From: a virus
Length of the DNA stretch: 59,644 nucleotides
Strand: one strand, 5' to 3'
Virus record (IMG/VR): IMGVR_UViG_3300045988_078497
Coordinates: 1 to 59,644 of that record
Within the stretch, counting starts at the first letter, position 1, and each line of letters opens with the position of its first letter. Shown piece after piece: positions 59,376 through 59,644 of this stretch. Under the pieces are notes generated by a model that saw only the letters and a list, made by a program, of their open reading frames with translations, was not told the DNA's origin and ran no database searches. Made by a program: the position numbers and the translations under genes.

Positions 59376-59644
59376 TTTTATCACCGTCCTCTGCCAGTTT
59401 TGCATATTTCCAATTCCAATCAACTTTATCAAGACTTAATAAACTCCATGATGTTTTTCCATCATCCCATGCATAAACAACGCCGTCTTTAAACTTTGCA
59501 AAATGTCTATGAATCCATTCATCATCTTGACTATCTCTAACCAGAATCGGCGTATCAACTGGAACTTTGCTCCAGTCAATTTGTGGTTCGACATATTCTG
59601 ATTCGCACCATTCTTTACATGCATCGTTGCACTTGATACCCACT
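59362..59644 (-). CDS. 3' part of the junction-spanning gene (see 1..214)
   Basis: In-frame continuation through the 77-bp overlap; stop at 59362. Confidence 0.7.
   Translation of the reverse strand, partial: VGIKCNDACKEWCESEYVEPQIDWSKVPVDTPILVRDSQDDEWIHRHFAKFKDGVVYAWDDGKTSWSLLSLDKVDWNWKYAKLAEDGDKNEME
59568..59644. repeat. Terminal direct repeat, copy 2 (identical to 1-77)
   Basis: See copy 1. Confidence 0.95.

Overview
The window is a complete, circularly closed phage genome. Nucleotides 1-77 are identical to 59568-59644, so the unit length is 59,567 bp. It looks like a temperate siphovirus-type phage of a low-GC Firmicutes (Clostridia-like) host; the host call is inferred from gene families only. 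Almost all genes are on the minus strand.

Reading the minus strand from about 13.1 kb downward and across the junction, the order is:
- cro-like/cI-like switch with divergent consensus promoters
- anti-repressor
- SbcC/Rad50-like ATPase
- a complete diversity-generating retroelement (two tandem VR targets, avd, TR, RT; 7904-5092)
- RecT, MBL-fold hydrolase, SSB and a split PAPS-reductase gene
- (junction) GIY-YIG nuclease, replisome organizer with internal iterons, helicase loader
- xis, int and attP arm-type repeats
- a sigma-like regulator followed by a compositionally odd cargo cassette
- an anti-repressor/ImmA-like node
- an ~0.8 kb ORF-free region
- a plus-strand ArdA-like island controlled by an RHH operator array
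- TerS
- a 4.6 kb island of small genes, MazG and a tRNA array
- TerL, portal, head, tail, tape measure, Dit and Tal
- endolysin and a zinc-ribbon moron

The most notable items are:
- The DGR sits in the early operon and has non-structural-looking targets. One VR carries a 6-nt insertion that the TR does not template.
- The tRNA island contains degenerate tRNA-like elements.
- An ORF-free structured region lies between convergent terminators.
- A cargo cassette lies next to attP.
- Iteron-like repeats occur both inside the replisome-organizer gene and upstream of TerS.

All family assignments come from reading the translated ORFs by eye. No database search was run.
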